DNA of 32,000 bases from Xanthomonas campestris pv. campestris str. ATCC 33913 (lineage in GTDB: Bacteria; Pseudomonadota; Gammaproteobacteria; Xanthomonadales; Xanthomonadaceae). Made by a program: the position numbers and the translations under genes. Positions within the stretch are counted from its first letter, which is position 1, and each line of letters starts with the position of its first letter. Under the pieces are notes generated by a model. The model ran no database searches, was not told where the DNA came from, and saw only the letters and a program-made list of their open reading frames with translations. Below, piece by piece: positions 1 through 7,587 of this stretch. The DNA is taken from contig NC_003902.1 in assembly GCF_000007145.1 (NCBI RefSeq), positions 817,436 to 849,435 of the forward strand, in the 5' to 3' direction.

Positions 1-1
1 C

Positions 2-436
2 CCGGACTTTGCCGCCATGCTGCGTGCGCCCCGTGCAGCTGCCCAGCTGGCCGTGCCTGCGGACCCGGCCCTGGCGCTGCAGCCGGTGGACGCCATCTCC
101 GGTGCCCTGATGCTGATGCAGCGCAGCCTGTTCGACCGCCTGGACGGCTGGGACGGCGGCTACCGCCTGCATGCCGAGGACCTGGACCTGTGCCGGCGTG
201 CGCGCCAGGCCGGCGCACTGGTGGCGGTGGCCAATGACCTGCAGGTGGTGCACGTGCGTGGGGTCTCCAGCCGTTCGCGCCCGTTTTTTGTGGAATGGCA
301 CAAGCACCGCGGTCTGTGGCGGTATTTTTGCAAATTCGAGTCCGCGCAACGCGGGCTGCTGGTGCGGCTCGGGGTCTGGGCGGCGATCTGGACCCATGCG
401 GCGGCGCAGGTACCCCGGCTGCTACGCCAACGCTAG
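2..436 (+). CDS. glycosyltransferase family 2, C-terminal part (5' end lies outside the window)
   Basis: The frame is open from the window edge to TAG at 434-436. The sequence ISGALMLMQRSLFDRLDGWDGGYRLHAEDLDLCRRARQAG...VHVRG is the typical C-terminal half of a GT2 catalytic domain (the ED-DL-C/R block). Confidence 0.7.
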   Translation, partial: PDFAAMLRAPRAAAQLAVPADPALALQPVDAISGALMLMQRSLFDRLDGWDGGYRLHAEDLDLCRRARQAGALVAVANDLQVVHVRGVSSRSRPFFVEWHKHRGLWRYFCKFESAQRGLLVRLGVWAAIWTHAAAQVPRLLRQR

Positions 437-450
437 TTCGTCGCGTTAAA

Positions 451-527
451 TTTGTGATAAATCCGTGATGCGATAGTGTCCGGAACTGTGATACGGTTCT
501 CTTAGAAATGTGATCAAAGTCGATTGC
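451..527 (+). promoter_or_regulatory. array of five phased (T)GTGAT direct repeats in the low-GC spacer upstream of the polysaccharide cluster; candidate transcription-factor binding array
   Basis: GTGAT occurs at 454, 465, 488 and 510, with a GTGTC variant at 476. The spacings are 11, 11, 12 and 22 bp, about one helical turn. The proximal copy reads AAATGTGATCAAAGTCGATT, whose left half equals the CRP/Clp consensus half-site AAATGTGATC. This is the only AT-rich stretch between the GT2 stop (436) and the next start (566). Confidence 0.45.
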
Positions 528-565
528 TTCCTGTCCCTTCCGGGTCCCCCACCAGGAAATCTGCA

Positions 566-1600
566 ATGTCCCTACAGAACGACCCGCGCTCGCGGGTACG
601 TCAGCCGTGCGCCACCCCCTCACGGTCCGGCTCGGTTGAGCGGGCGTCAGCGTGCAGCCAGCCCCAACGGCGTCCCCTCCAGCGGGCGGCCATGTCACTG
701 CTTGCGGTGGGTTGCCTGATCGCCGCGCTGCCCGACACTGCCATGGCCGGTGCCTGGACCCAGCCGCAAGGCGACACTCTGGTGATCGTCAAGGCGCTGC
801 ATAGCGATGGACGCGGTTGGTTCGATGACAGCCATCACCGCACCACCTTCGGTGATGGACAGCAGTTCGATGGCAACGGGCGTAGCCGCCAGGACCAGCT
901 CAATGTCTACGTCGAGCACGGCCTGACTGACCAACTGAGCGTCATCGGCAACTTCTATTTCACCGACGTGGGTTTCAGCAATCACGGCGGAGACGGCCGC
1001 ACCCGCGCCAGCACCACCGGCTTCGCCGATCAGGAAATCGGCCTGCGCTACGCGCTGCCGAGTGCGCAGGACGATGTCTGGCGCAGTTCAGTGCAGGCAC
1101 TGGTGAGCATCCCAGCCTATGGCCGCAGCAAGACCTACCACCCGAACACCCCTGGTGCGAATTCCGACCCGGCCTTGGGATTGGGTGACTATGGTCTGGA
1201 GTTGCGCTACAGCCGCGGGCGTGGATACACGCTGGGTGGGCGCAATGGCTATGTTGATCTCGGCGGTGCGGTGCGTCTGCGCGGCAGTGCCGCCTCCGAC
1301 GAACTGCGGGTGGATGCCTCCACTGGCCTGAGTCTGACCCCCAGCTGGCTAGTGCTTGGCGAACTCAACGTGATCCAGGGCTTGGGCAACGGGCGTAACA
1401 ACTTCGACGTGCCCGGCTCTGCTGGTGGCGTCAGTTTCGTCGCCACCGGCACCAACTACGACCTCACCAAGCTGCAGCTGTCCACGCTGTATACCGCCCC
1501 CGGTGGTAGCCAGTGGCAGGTGGGCTACCAGCAGCCAGTGATGGGCCGCAATACCGGTGCTGCCGGCGGGCCATTCGTGGCCGCCTGGTGGCGGTTCTAG
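566..1600 (+). CDS. outer-membrane beta-barrel protein (putative polysaccharide export porin)
   Basis: The hydrophobic signal core and cleavage site are MSLLAVGCLIAALPDTAMA/GAW. The sequence has alternating beta-strand patterns and ends in WWRF, a C-terminal aromatic OMP signature. ATG 566 has AGGAAA 6 nt upstream and gives a positively charged n-region. ATG 692 is an alternative start. ATG 524 is unlikely. Confidence 0.65.
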   Translation: MSLQNDPRSRVRQPCATPSRSGSVERASACSQPQRRPLQRAAMSLLAVGCLIAALPDTAMAGAWTQPQGDTLVIVKALHSDGRGWFDDSHHRTTFGDGQQFDGNGRSRQDQLNVYVEHGLTDQLSVIGNFYFTDVGFSNHGGDGRTRASTTGFADQEIGLRYALPSAQDDVWRSSVQALVSIPAYGRSKTYHPNTPGANSDPALGLGDYGLELRYSRGRGYTLGGRNGYVDLGGAVRLRGSAASDELRVDASTGLSLTPSWLVLGELNVIQGLGNGRNNFDVPGSAGGVSFVATGTNYDLTKLQLSTLYTAPGGSQWQVGYQQPVMGRNTGAAGGPFVAAWWRF

Positions 1601-1613
1601 GGTAGGGCCGACA

Positions 1614-3521
1614 ATGACGGTCACCTGCGAAATGGACGCGCTGGGACGGGCGCCGGACATCGGCCGCGAACGCGGCTTGTTGGGGCGTTCGCTGGTGTCT
1701 GCCGGCGTCATCACCGACGAGCAACTGCGCGCCGCGCTTGCCTTGCAGCAACGCTGGAATTCGCGCCTGGGCGATGTGATCCTGGCCCAGCGCGGCGTGC
1801 CGGCGCAGCGGTTCTACGCCATCGTGGCCGCGCACTTCGGGCTGCAGTTCGTCGACCTGGTGCAACAGCCGCCGGACCCCGAGCTGCTCACCGCCACCGA
1901 CCTGGATGTGTATGCGCAGCGGCTGATCCTGCCGTGGCGGCGCGAGGACGGTGTGCTGGTGCTGGCCGTGGCCGACCCGGACCCGGCGCTGTTCGCCTGG
2001 GCGCGCGAGCATTACGGGGCGCAGGTGCGCTTCGTCGGCACTGCCAAGTTCGACATCATCTGGAGCCTGCAGCGCTACGCCGACGAGCAGCTCACCGACA
2101 ATGCGCTGAACCTGCTGGCCGCACACGCGCCTACCTATTCCGCACGCCAGGTGGTCACCCGCGGGCAGAAGTTCACCTTGTGGGCGATTGCCGCGGTGCT
2201 GGTGGCGGCGATCGCGGCGTTCCCCATCATTACGCTGATCACCATCAATGTGCTGGTGGCGTTGGGCTTTCTGGCGACCTTCGGCCTGAAGTTGCTGCTG
2301 GTGTGGTTCGGCTCGCGCCACCGCATCGACATCAAGGTCACCGAAGACGAAGTGGCTGCGCTGCGCGATGACGACCTGCCGGTCTATACCGTGCTGGTGC
2401 CGATGTACAAGGAGCCGGAAGTCCTGCCGATCCTGGCCAATGCGCTGCGCAAGCTGGATTACCCGATCAGCAAGCTCGACGTGAAACTGGTGCTGGAAGC
2501 CGACGATTTCGACACCATCGAAGCGGCCAAGAAACTCGGCCTGGAAGCGTTCTTCGAAATCATCCGGGTGCCGCCGTCGCAGCCCAAGACCAAGCCCAAG
2601 GCCTGCAACTACGCGCTGCATTTTGCGCGCGGCGAACTGCTCACCATCTACGACGCCGAAGACAAGCCCGAGCCGGATCAGCTCAAGCGCGTGGTGGCTG
2701 CGTTCCGCAAGGCGGAAAAAGACGTGGTGTGCATCCAGGCGCGCTTGAACTACTACAACGCCGACGAAAACTGGCTGACGCGGATGTTCACGCTGGAGTA
2801 CACGCTCTGGTTCGACTTCTACCTGCCGGCGCTGGAATACCTGCGCATTCCGATTCCGCTGGGCGGCACCTCCAATCACTTCCGGCTGGACGTGTTGCGG
2901 CAGGTGCGCGCGTGGGACCCGTACAACGTCACCGAAGACGCTGACCTTGGCGTGCGGCTGATCCAGAACGGCTACCGCGTCAACGTGGTCAATTCCACCA
3001 CGTTCGAAGAAGCCAACGTCAGCATCCCCAACTGGATCCGGCAGCGTTCGCGCTGGCTCAAGGGCTACATGCAGACCTGGCTGGTGCACATGCGCGACCC
3101 GGTGCATCTGTACCGCAGCACCGGGTTCAAGGGGTTTTGGGGCTTTCAGTTCTTCATTGGCGGTAATTTTTTCATCGCACTGGGTGTGCCGGTGATGTGG
3201 ACGCTGTGCCTGATCAGCATGCTGAGCGGTGCACGCATATTTGATGCGACCTTTCCACCGTGGCTGGCCACGATCTCGCTGGTCAATCTGCTGTTGGCCA
3301 ACGCGTTCTTTATCTACGTCACGCTGGTGGCCGCGTTCAAGCGCGACTACTTCAAGCTCGCGCCGTATGCGCTGACGGTGCCGTTCTATTGGTTGCTGCA
3401 GTCGATCGCGGCCTACAAGGGTCTGTGGCAGTTGATCCGCAATCCGTTCTACTGGGAGAAGACCACGCATGGCATCAGCAAGCATTCCGAACAAGAGCGC
3501 CGCGCCGCACTCGAAGAGTGA
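1614..3521 (+). CDS. membrane-bound processive family-2 glycosyltransferase (polysaccharide synthase) with an N-terminal MshEN/T2SSE_N c-di-GMP-binding domain
   Basis: N-terminus: LLGRSLVSAGVITDEQLRAALALQ, then a 5-aa spacer, then RLGDVILAQRGVPAQRFYAIVAAHFGLQFVDL. This is the MshEN tandem-motif layout. TM helices follow (FTLWAIAAVLVAAIAAFPIITLITINVLVALGFL). The GT2 motifs are VLVPMYKEPE, LEADD, YDAEDKPEPD and QRSRW (3042..3056). More TM helices lie at the C-terminus. ATG 1614 lies just after the upstream stop at 1600. The start at 1557 in the ORF track would overlap the upstream gene. Confidence 0.88.
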   Translation: MTVTCEMDALGRAPDIGRERGLLGRSLVSAGVITDEQLRAALALQQRWNSRLGDVILAQRGVPAQRFYAIVAAHFGLQFVDLVQQPPDPELLTATDLDVYAQRLILPWRREDGVLVLAVADPDPALFAWAREHYGAQVRFVGTAKFDIIWSLQRYADEQLTDNALNLLAAHAPTYSARQVVTRGQKFTLWAIAAVLVAAIAAFPIITLITINVLVALGFLATFGLKLLLVWFGSRHRIDIKVTEDEVAALRDDDLPVYTVLVPMYKEPEVLPILANALRKLDYPISKLDVKLVLEADDFDTIEAAKKLGLEAFFEIIRVPPSQPKTKPKACNYALHFARGELLTIYDAEDKPEPDQLKRVVAAFRKAEKDVVCIQARLNYYNADENWLTRMFTLEYTLWFDFYLPALEYLRIPIPLGGTSNHFRLDVLRQVRAWDPYNVTEDADLGVRLIQNGYRVNVVNSTTFEEANVSIPNWIRQRSRWLKGYMQTWLVHMRDPVHLYRSTGFKGFWGFQFFIGGNFFIALGVPVMWTLCLISMLSGARIFDATFPPWLATISLVNLLLANAFFIYVTLVAAFKRDYFKLAPYALTVPFYWLLQSIAAYKGLWQLIRNPFYWEKTTHGISKHSEQERRAALEE

Positions 3522-4812
3522 GCCGGGCGCCGTGCGCCGCGACAGCGGGCTGCCGGCGTTCCTGGTGGCGGTGGTGGCGTTGTCGCTGCTGAGCCAGCCG
3601 TTGCTGGTGCAGTCGCTGGGCAGCGCGGCACCGGCGGTGGCGCCCACGGTGGGGTTGCCGGCGACCGGCTTGCTGACCTGGCTGATCGATGTCGCTGCGC
3701 ACCGCTGGAACCTGCCGTTCCAGGTGTGGCCGTTCGTGGCAGTGGCCGCCAATGCGCTGTTCCTGTCGTTGCTATGGCGCGATCTGGCCGGCGTGTTCGG
3801 GCGCGGCTGGGCCAGCGGGTTGACCTTGCTGGTGGGCTGCAACCCGCTGTTCCTGCTGCCGATTGCCGCCGGTGGCAGCCAGGCAGTTGGCCTGCTTGCG
3901 TTCTACGGGTTGTGCCGCACGCTGCGCCGCCTGCAGGCGCCGGTGGAGGCCTTCACTTACCTGCGTATTGCCGGCTGGCTGTGCATCCTGTTGTGCCTGG
4001 ATCTGCAGACCCTGGCGCTATCGACGATGGTCGCGCCCTGGCTGCTGCTGGTGATGCCGCCGCAGATGCTGCGCAAGGCACCGGGCTCGTTCTATTTGGT
4101 GTGCTATCTGCCGTTCGTGTTCCTGGTCGGCATGTGGGCCTACATCAATCTGACCATGTTCAATGCGCCGTGGCCGACGTTGTCCAGCACCGCCGCCATT
4201 GCGCACCCGCTGCCGTTGCCGCTGCAGGCGCATGCCGACGGTTGGCTGCCGGCGCTGCGTTGGGGTGTGGCGGCCGTGGCGTGTTTCCCATTGCTGGCGT
4301 TGGTGATGCGCAGCCGCAGCGGCGTGTTGGCGCGCGGCGTGCTCGCCAGTGCGGGTACGGTGATCTGCGCGGCGGCGCTGTCGTTCGCGTTCGGCTGGGC
4401 CGGTTTCGATGCCTTGCTGCTGCTGTGGGTGCCGGCCGCATTGTTGCTGCGCGCGCTGCGTGCCGATCAACGTGGCCAGGCCGCCGGCCTGCTGCTGTTG
4501 GGCGTGCTGGGTGCGGCGTGGGTGCAGCCGCAGGGCTGGGGCCGCTGGATGCAGGCGCCATCGGCTGAACAGGCACAGGCGCACGGCGAGCCGATCGTGG
4601 TGACCGCGATGGCGGCGCTGCCGATGACGGACGGGCAGTCTGCTGTGGCAGCGCGCATTGCGCCGCCGGCCGGCGCTGATGCATTGCCCGCGGTCGCCAA
4701 GCCCGTTGCGGCGGCTGACGGGCGCACCGCACCCTCCGGCGCAACTGCATGCACGCAACCGTCGGCGCTGTCGTCGAATCAGGGGTCTGCCGCATGCTCA
4801 AGCACGTTCTAA
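3469..4812 (+). CDS. polytopic inner-membrane protein of unknown function with an Ala/Pro-rich C-terminal tail
   Basis: It has about 10 hydrophobic segments, for example FLVAVVALSLLSQPLL, VWPFVAVAANALFLSLLW, LTLLVGCNPLFLLPIAAGG and FYLVCYLPFVFLVGMWAYI. GGGAGAAG lies 8-10 nt upstream of ATG 3469, which overlaps the synthase gene by 53 nt. GTG 3532 is a non-overlapping alternative start. I recognise no family. Confidence 0.7.
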   Translation: MASASIPNKSAAPHSKSEPGAVRRDSGLPAFLVAVVALSLLSQPLLVQSLGSAAPAVAPTVGLPATGLLTWLIDVAAHRWNLPFQVWPFVAVAANALFLSLLWRDLAGVFGRGWASGLTLLVGCNPLFLLPIAAGGSQAVGLLAFYGLCRTLRRLQAPVEAFTYLRIAGWLCILLCLDLQTLALSTMVAPWLLLVMPPQMLRKAPGSFYLVCYLPFVFLVGMWAYINLTMFNAPWPTLSSTAAIAHPLPLPLQAHADGWLPALRWGVAAVACFPLLALVMRSRSGVLARGVLASAGTVICAAALSFAFGWAGFDALLLLWVPAALLLRALRADQRGQAAGLLLLGVLGAAWVQPQGWGRWMQAPSAEQAQAHGEPIVVTAMAALPMTDGQSAVAARIAPPAGADALPAVAKPVAAADGRTAPSGATACTQPSALSSNQGSAACSSTF

Positions 4813-5762
4813 ACGCCTGGCTAATGCTGGCGATCTGCATGCTTGCATCCGGCTGCAACGCGGCGCCATCGACCTGGATGGGCGCCAACGTCAAGGTGTC
4901 GGCCAACGCGCCGTGGGAAAGCGACGCGGCAGCGCAATCGTTGAATGCGCTGGCTGACACCGGTGCGAGCAAGGCCTTGTTGATCGCCTTCGCGTGGCAG
5001 GCAACGCCGCAGTCCAACGACCCGGTGCTGGGCAGCGACAGCAGCCTGGCCGCGATGCGCGCAGCGTTGCGGCAAAGCCACGCGGCCGGGCTGCAGCCCA
5101 CGCTCAAGGTGCATCTGTGGATTCCGGGGCATTGGGCCGGCGATGCTGCGCCGGCCGATCAGGCAGCGTGGTTTGCCGCCTACCAGCGCGCGCTGCTGCC
5201 GCTGGCGCGGCTTGCCGAAGACGAGCACGCCGAGGCGTTGGTGATCGGCACCGAGCTGCGCCAATTGCAGGACGCACCGCAATGGCCGGCCCTGGTGGCG
5301 GCGGTGCGCGCTGTCTACGGCGGCAAGCTGCTGTACGTTGCCGACGGCATGGAGCACGCGGAAACATTCCGCTACTGGTCGCTGTTCGATGCGGTGGGCA
5401 CCAGCCTGTATCCGCGTCTGTCTGAAGCGGCGGCCAAACGGCGCCCGGAGATGGAGGCCGCCGCGCAGCGCCTGCAGGACCTGGGCAAGCGCGTCGGTAA
5501 GCCGGTGTGGGTGGCCGAGCTGGGGCTGCGTTCGGCACGCGGCAGCCTGGCGGCGCCATGGGAGAGCCCGGAACAGCGCACCGCGGCGGTCGATACAAAA
5601 CTGCAATTGCAGGTGCTGCAACAGTGGCGCGCGGTGTTGCAGGCGCATGGCGTGGAAGGCATCGCGCTGTGGTGCTGGTACACCGACCCCAAGGCCGGCG
5701 GTCCCGGGGATAGCGACTTCACCGTGCAGGGCAAGCCGGCGCAACGAGTGCTGGCGGAGTAA
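4794..5762 (+). CDS. lipoprotein, clan GH-A-like (beta/alpha)8 glycoside hydrolase
   Basis: Signal peptide and lipobox: MLKHVLNAWLMLAICMLASG/C. Candidate acid/base Glu is in VIGTELRQL (gag 5253..5255). Candidate nucleophile Glu is in VWVAELG (gag 5517..5519), 88 aa later, as in GH-A enzymes. ATG 4794 overlaps the upstream gene by 19 nt. Confidence 0.7.
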   Translation: MLKHVLNAWLMLAICMLASGCNAAPSTWMGANVKVSANAPWESDAAAQSLNALADTGASKALLIAFAWQATPQSNDPVLGSDSSLAAMRAALRQSHAAGLQPTLKVHLWIPGHWAGDAAPADQAAWFAAYQRALLPLARLAEDEHAEALVIGTELRQLQDAPQWPALVAAVRAVYGGKLLYVADGMEHAETFRYWSLFDAVGTSLYPRLSEAAAKRRPEMEAAAQRLQDLGKRVGKPVWVAELGLRSARGSLAAPWESPEQRTAAVDTKLQLQVLQQWRAVLQAHGVEGIALWCWYTDPKAGGPGDSDFTVQGKPAQRVLAE

Positions 5763-6339
5763 GCGCCGCTATTAGAACGACGACACAGCCGCCAAGCGAA
5801 AGCGGCCGTGCTCGGAATCGGCATCTAACCCCGAACACTCCGGTTTCTCCGCGCCGTCCCCGACCACCTGACGATTGCTCGCTACGCGTTGTCAGCAGCT
5901 CCAAGTGGGCGCGTGGATATGCTGCTTCGAAATGCGCGCGGTGCGCTGCCTTCTTAGGCAGTCGATGACTGTGCGCTGCGAGTTCGGCGCACATGCAGTC
6001 GAGATGCGCGCGGATTTCCGTCGATACGATCCCGCTAGCTGAGTCGGTGCTGCGTCACGCGTCCTCGAACGACACGCGCCAGACAGGCGTGACCGCTGCG
6101 GAGCACATGGATAGTGCGTTCCAACCTCGCGGCTGCTCACAACGCGTCGCCCGCAGCCCTCGGCGTGATCGCAAATCCGCGTCCTGTACGCACTGAGCCC
6201 GCTTGAACGGCCTGACGGATGCAGCGCCGTATGCGTCTGCTGTTGCGTTCGTCTGCAGCGGGGAACACTGCCTGCGCTCACCGGTGTCTCAATGCCACGA
6301 CACGCACCCGCCCCGCCGCTGCGGGCATAATCCGGCAGC

Positions 6340-7536
6340 ATGATCATTCATTCGCTGCTCGACACCGATCTGTACAAGTTCACCATGATGCAGGCGGTGC
6401 TGCATCAGCACCCGGCCGCGCAGGTGGACTACCGCTTCAAGTGCCGCACACCCGGCGTGGATCTGGCGCAGTTCATCGACGAGATCTCGCGTGAGATCGA
6501 CGCGCTGTGCCGGCTGCGCCTGCGCGAGGACGAGGTGGACTACCTGCGCAGCCTGCGCTTCATCAAGCCGGACTTCGCCGACTTTCTCGCGTTGTTCCAC
6601 CTGGACCGCAAATACCTGGCCCTGGCCGCCTCGGCCGCCCACCCGGGCGAGATCGAGCTGACCATCCGCGGGCCCTGGTTGCACACCATCCTGTTCGAAG
6701 TGCCGCTGCTGGCGATCATCAACGAGGTGTGGTTCCGCAACACCTCCGAGCCGGATTTTGAAGAAGGCCGCAGCCGCCTGCGCGAGAAGGTACGCAGCCT
6801 GCGCAGCATGCCGGCCGGTTGCAAGATCGCCGATTACGGCACGCGCCGCCGCTATTCGCGGCAATGGCATGGCGAACTGCTACCGCTGCTGCGCGATGGT
6901 TTGGGCGAGCAATTCGTCGGTACCAGTAATGTGTTTTTCGCCAAGCAATACGGGCTGACCCCACTGGGCACCATGGCGCACGAATACCTGCAGGCATTCC
7001 AGGCGCTGGGCCCGCGGCTGCGGGATTCGCAGGTCGCGGCGTTGGACTCGTGGGCGCGCGAATACCGCGGCGACCTCGGCATTGCGCTGTCGGATGTGGT
7101 GGGCCTGGACGCGTTCCTGCGCGACTTCGATCTGTATTTCTGCAAGCTGTTCGACGGCATGCGCCACGATTCCGGCGACCCGTTCGACTGGGGCGAGCGG
7201 GTGATCGCGCATCTGGAAGCGCACCGCGTGGATCCGCGCACCAAGGTGCTGGTCTTCAGCGACGGGCTGAACATCGACAAGGTGATGCGGCTGTACGAAC
7301 ACTTCAGCCCGCGCTGCCGGCTGGCGTTCGGCGTGGGCACCAGCCTGACCAACGACCTGGGCCCGACGCCCTTGCAGATCGTCATCAAGATGGTCCGCTG
7401 CAATGGGCAGCCGGTGGCCAAGCTCAGCGATTCGCCGGGCAAGAGCATGTGCGAAGACCTGGGCTACCTGCGCTACCTGCGCGATGTGTTCGGCCTGCCG
7501 CCGATGCCGGAAGCGGGTGACCCAGCGCGTCAGTGA
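6340..7536 (+). CDS. pncB: nicotinate phosphoribosyltransferase
   Basis: The N-terminus [25 protein letters not shown] and [11 protein letters not shown] are hallmark PncB sequences. At 398 aa it is full length. Confidence 0.95.
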   Translation: MIIHSLLDTDLYKFTMMQAVLHQHPAAQVDYRFKCRTPGVDLAQFIDEISREIDALCRLRLREDEVDYLRSLRFIKPDFADFLALFHLDRKYLALAASAAHPGEIELTIRGPWLHTILFEVPLLAIINEVWFRNTSEPDFEEGRSRLREKVRSLRSMPAGCKIADYGTRRRYSRQWHGELLPLLRDGLGEQFVGTSNVFFAKQYGLTPLGTMAHEYLQAFQALGPRLRDSQVAALDSWAREYRGDLGIALSDVVGLDAFLRDFDLYFCKLFDGMRHDSGDPFDWGERVIAHLEAHRVDPRTKVLVFSDGLNIDKVMRLYEHFSPRCRLAFGVGTSLTNDLGPTPLQIVIKMVRCNGQPVAKLSDSPGKSMCEDLGYLRYLRDVFGLPPMPEAGDPARQ

Positions 7537-7587
7537 CTGACGTGTAGCGGCAGGCGGTGTCGGGAGCTCGGGCACTGCTGTCAGGAG

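Noticed and set aside
1464-3842. 792-aa ORF on the minus strand, opposite the GT2 synthase
   Set aside because: It is a mirror-frame artefact typical of high-GC genomes. The composition is dominated by R, Q, H, G and A with no motifs, whereas the plus-strand frame carries complete GT2 and MshEN signatures.
5892-6347. 151-aa minus-strand ORF upstream of pncB
   Set aside because: It is a Cys/Arg/Ser-rich sequence that overlaps the pncB start. It has no RBS or motifs and is probably non-coding or a decayed remnant.
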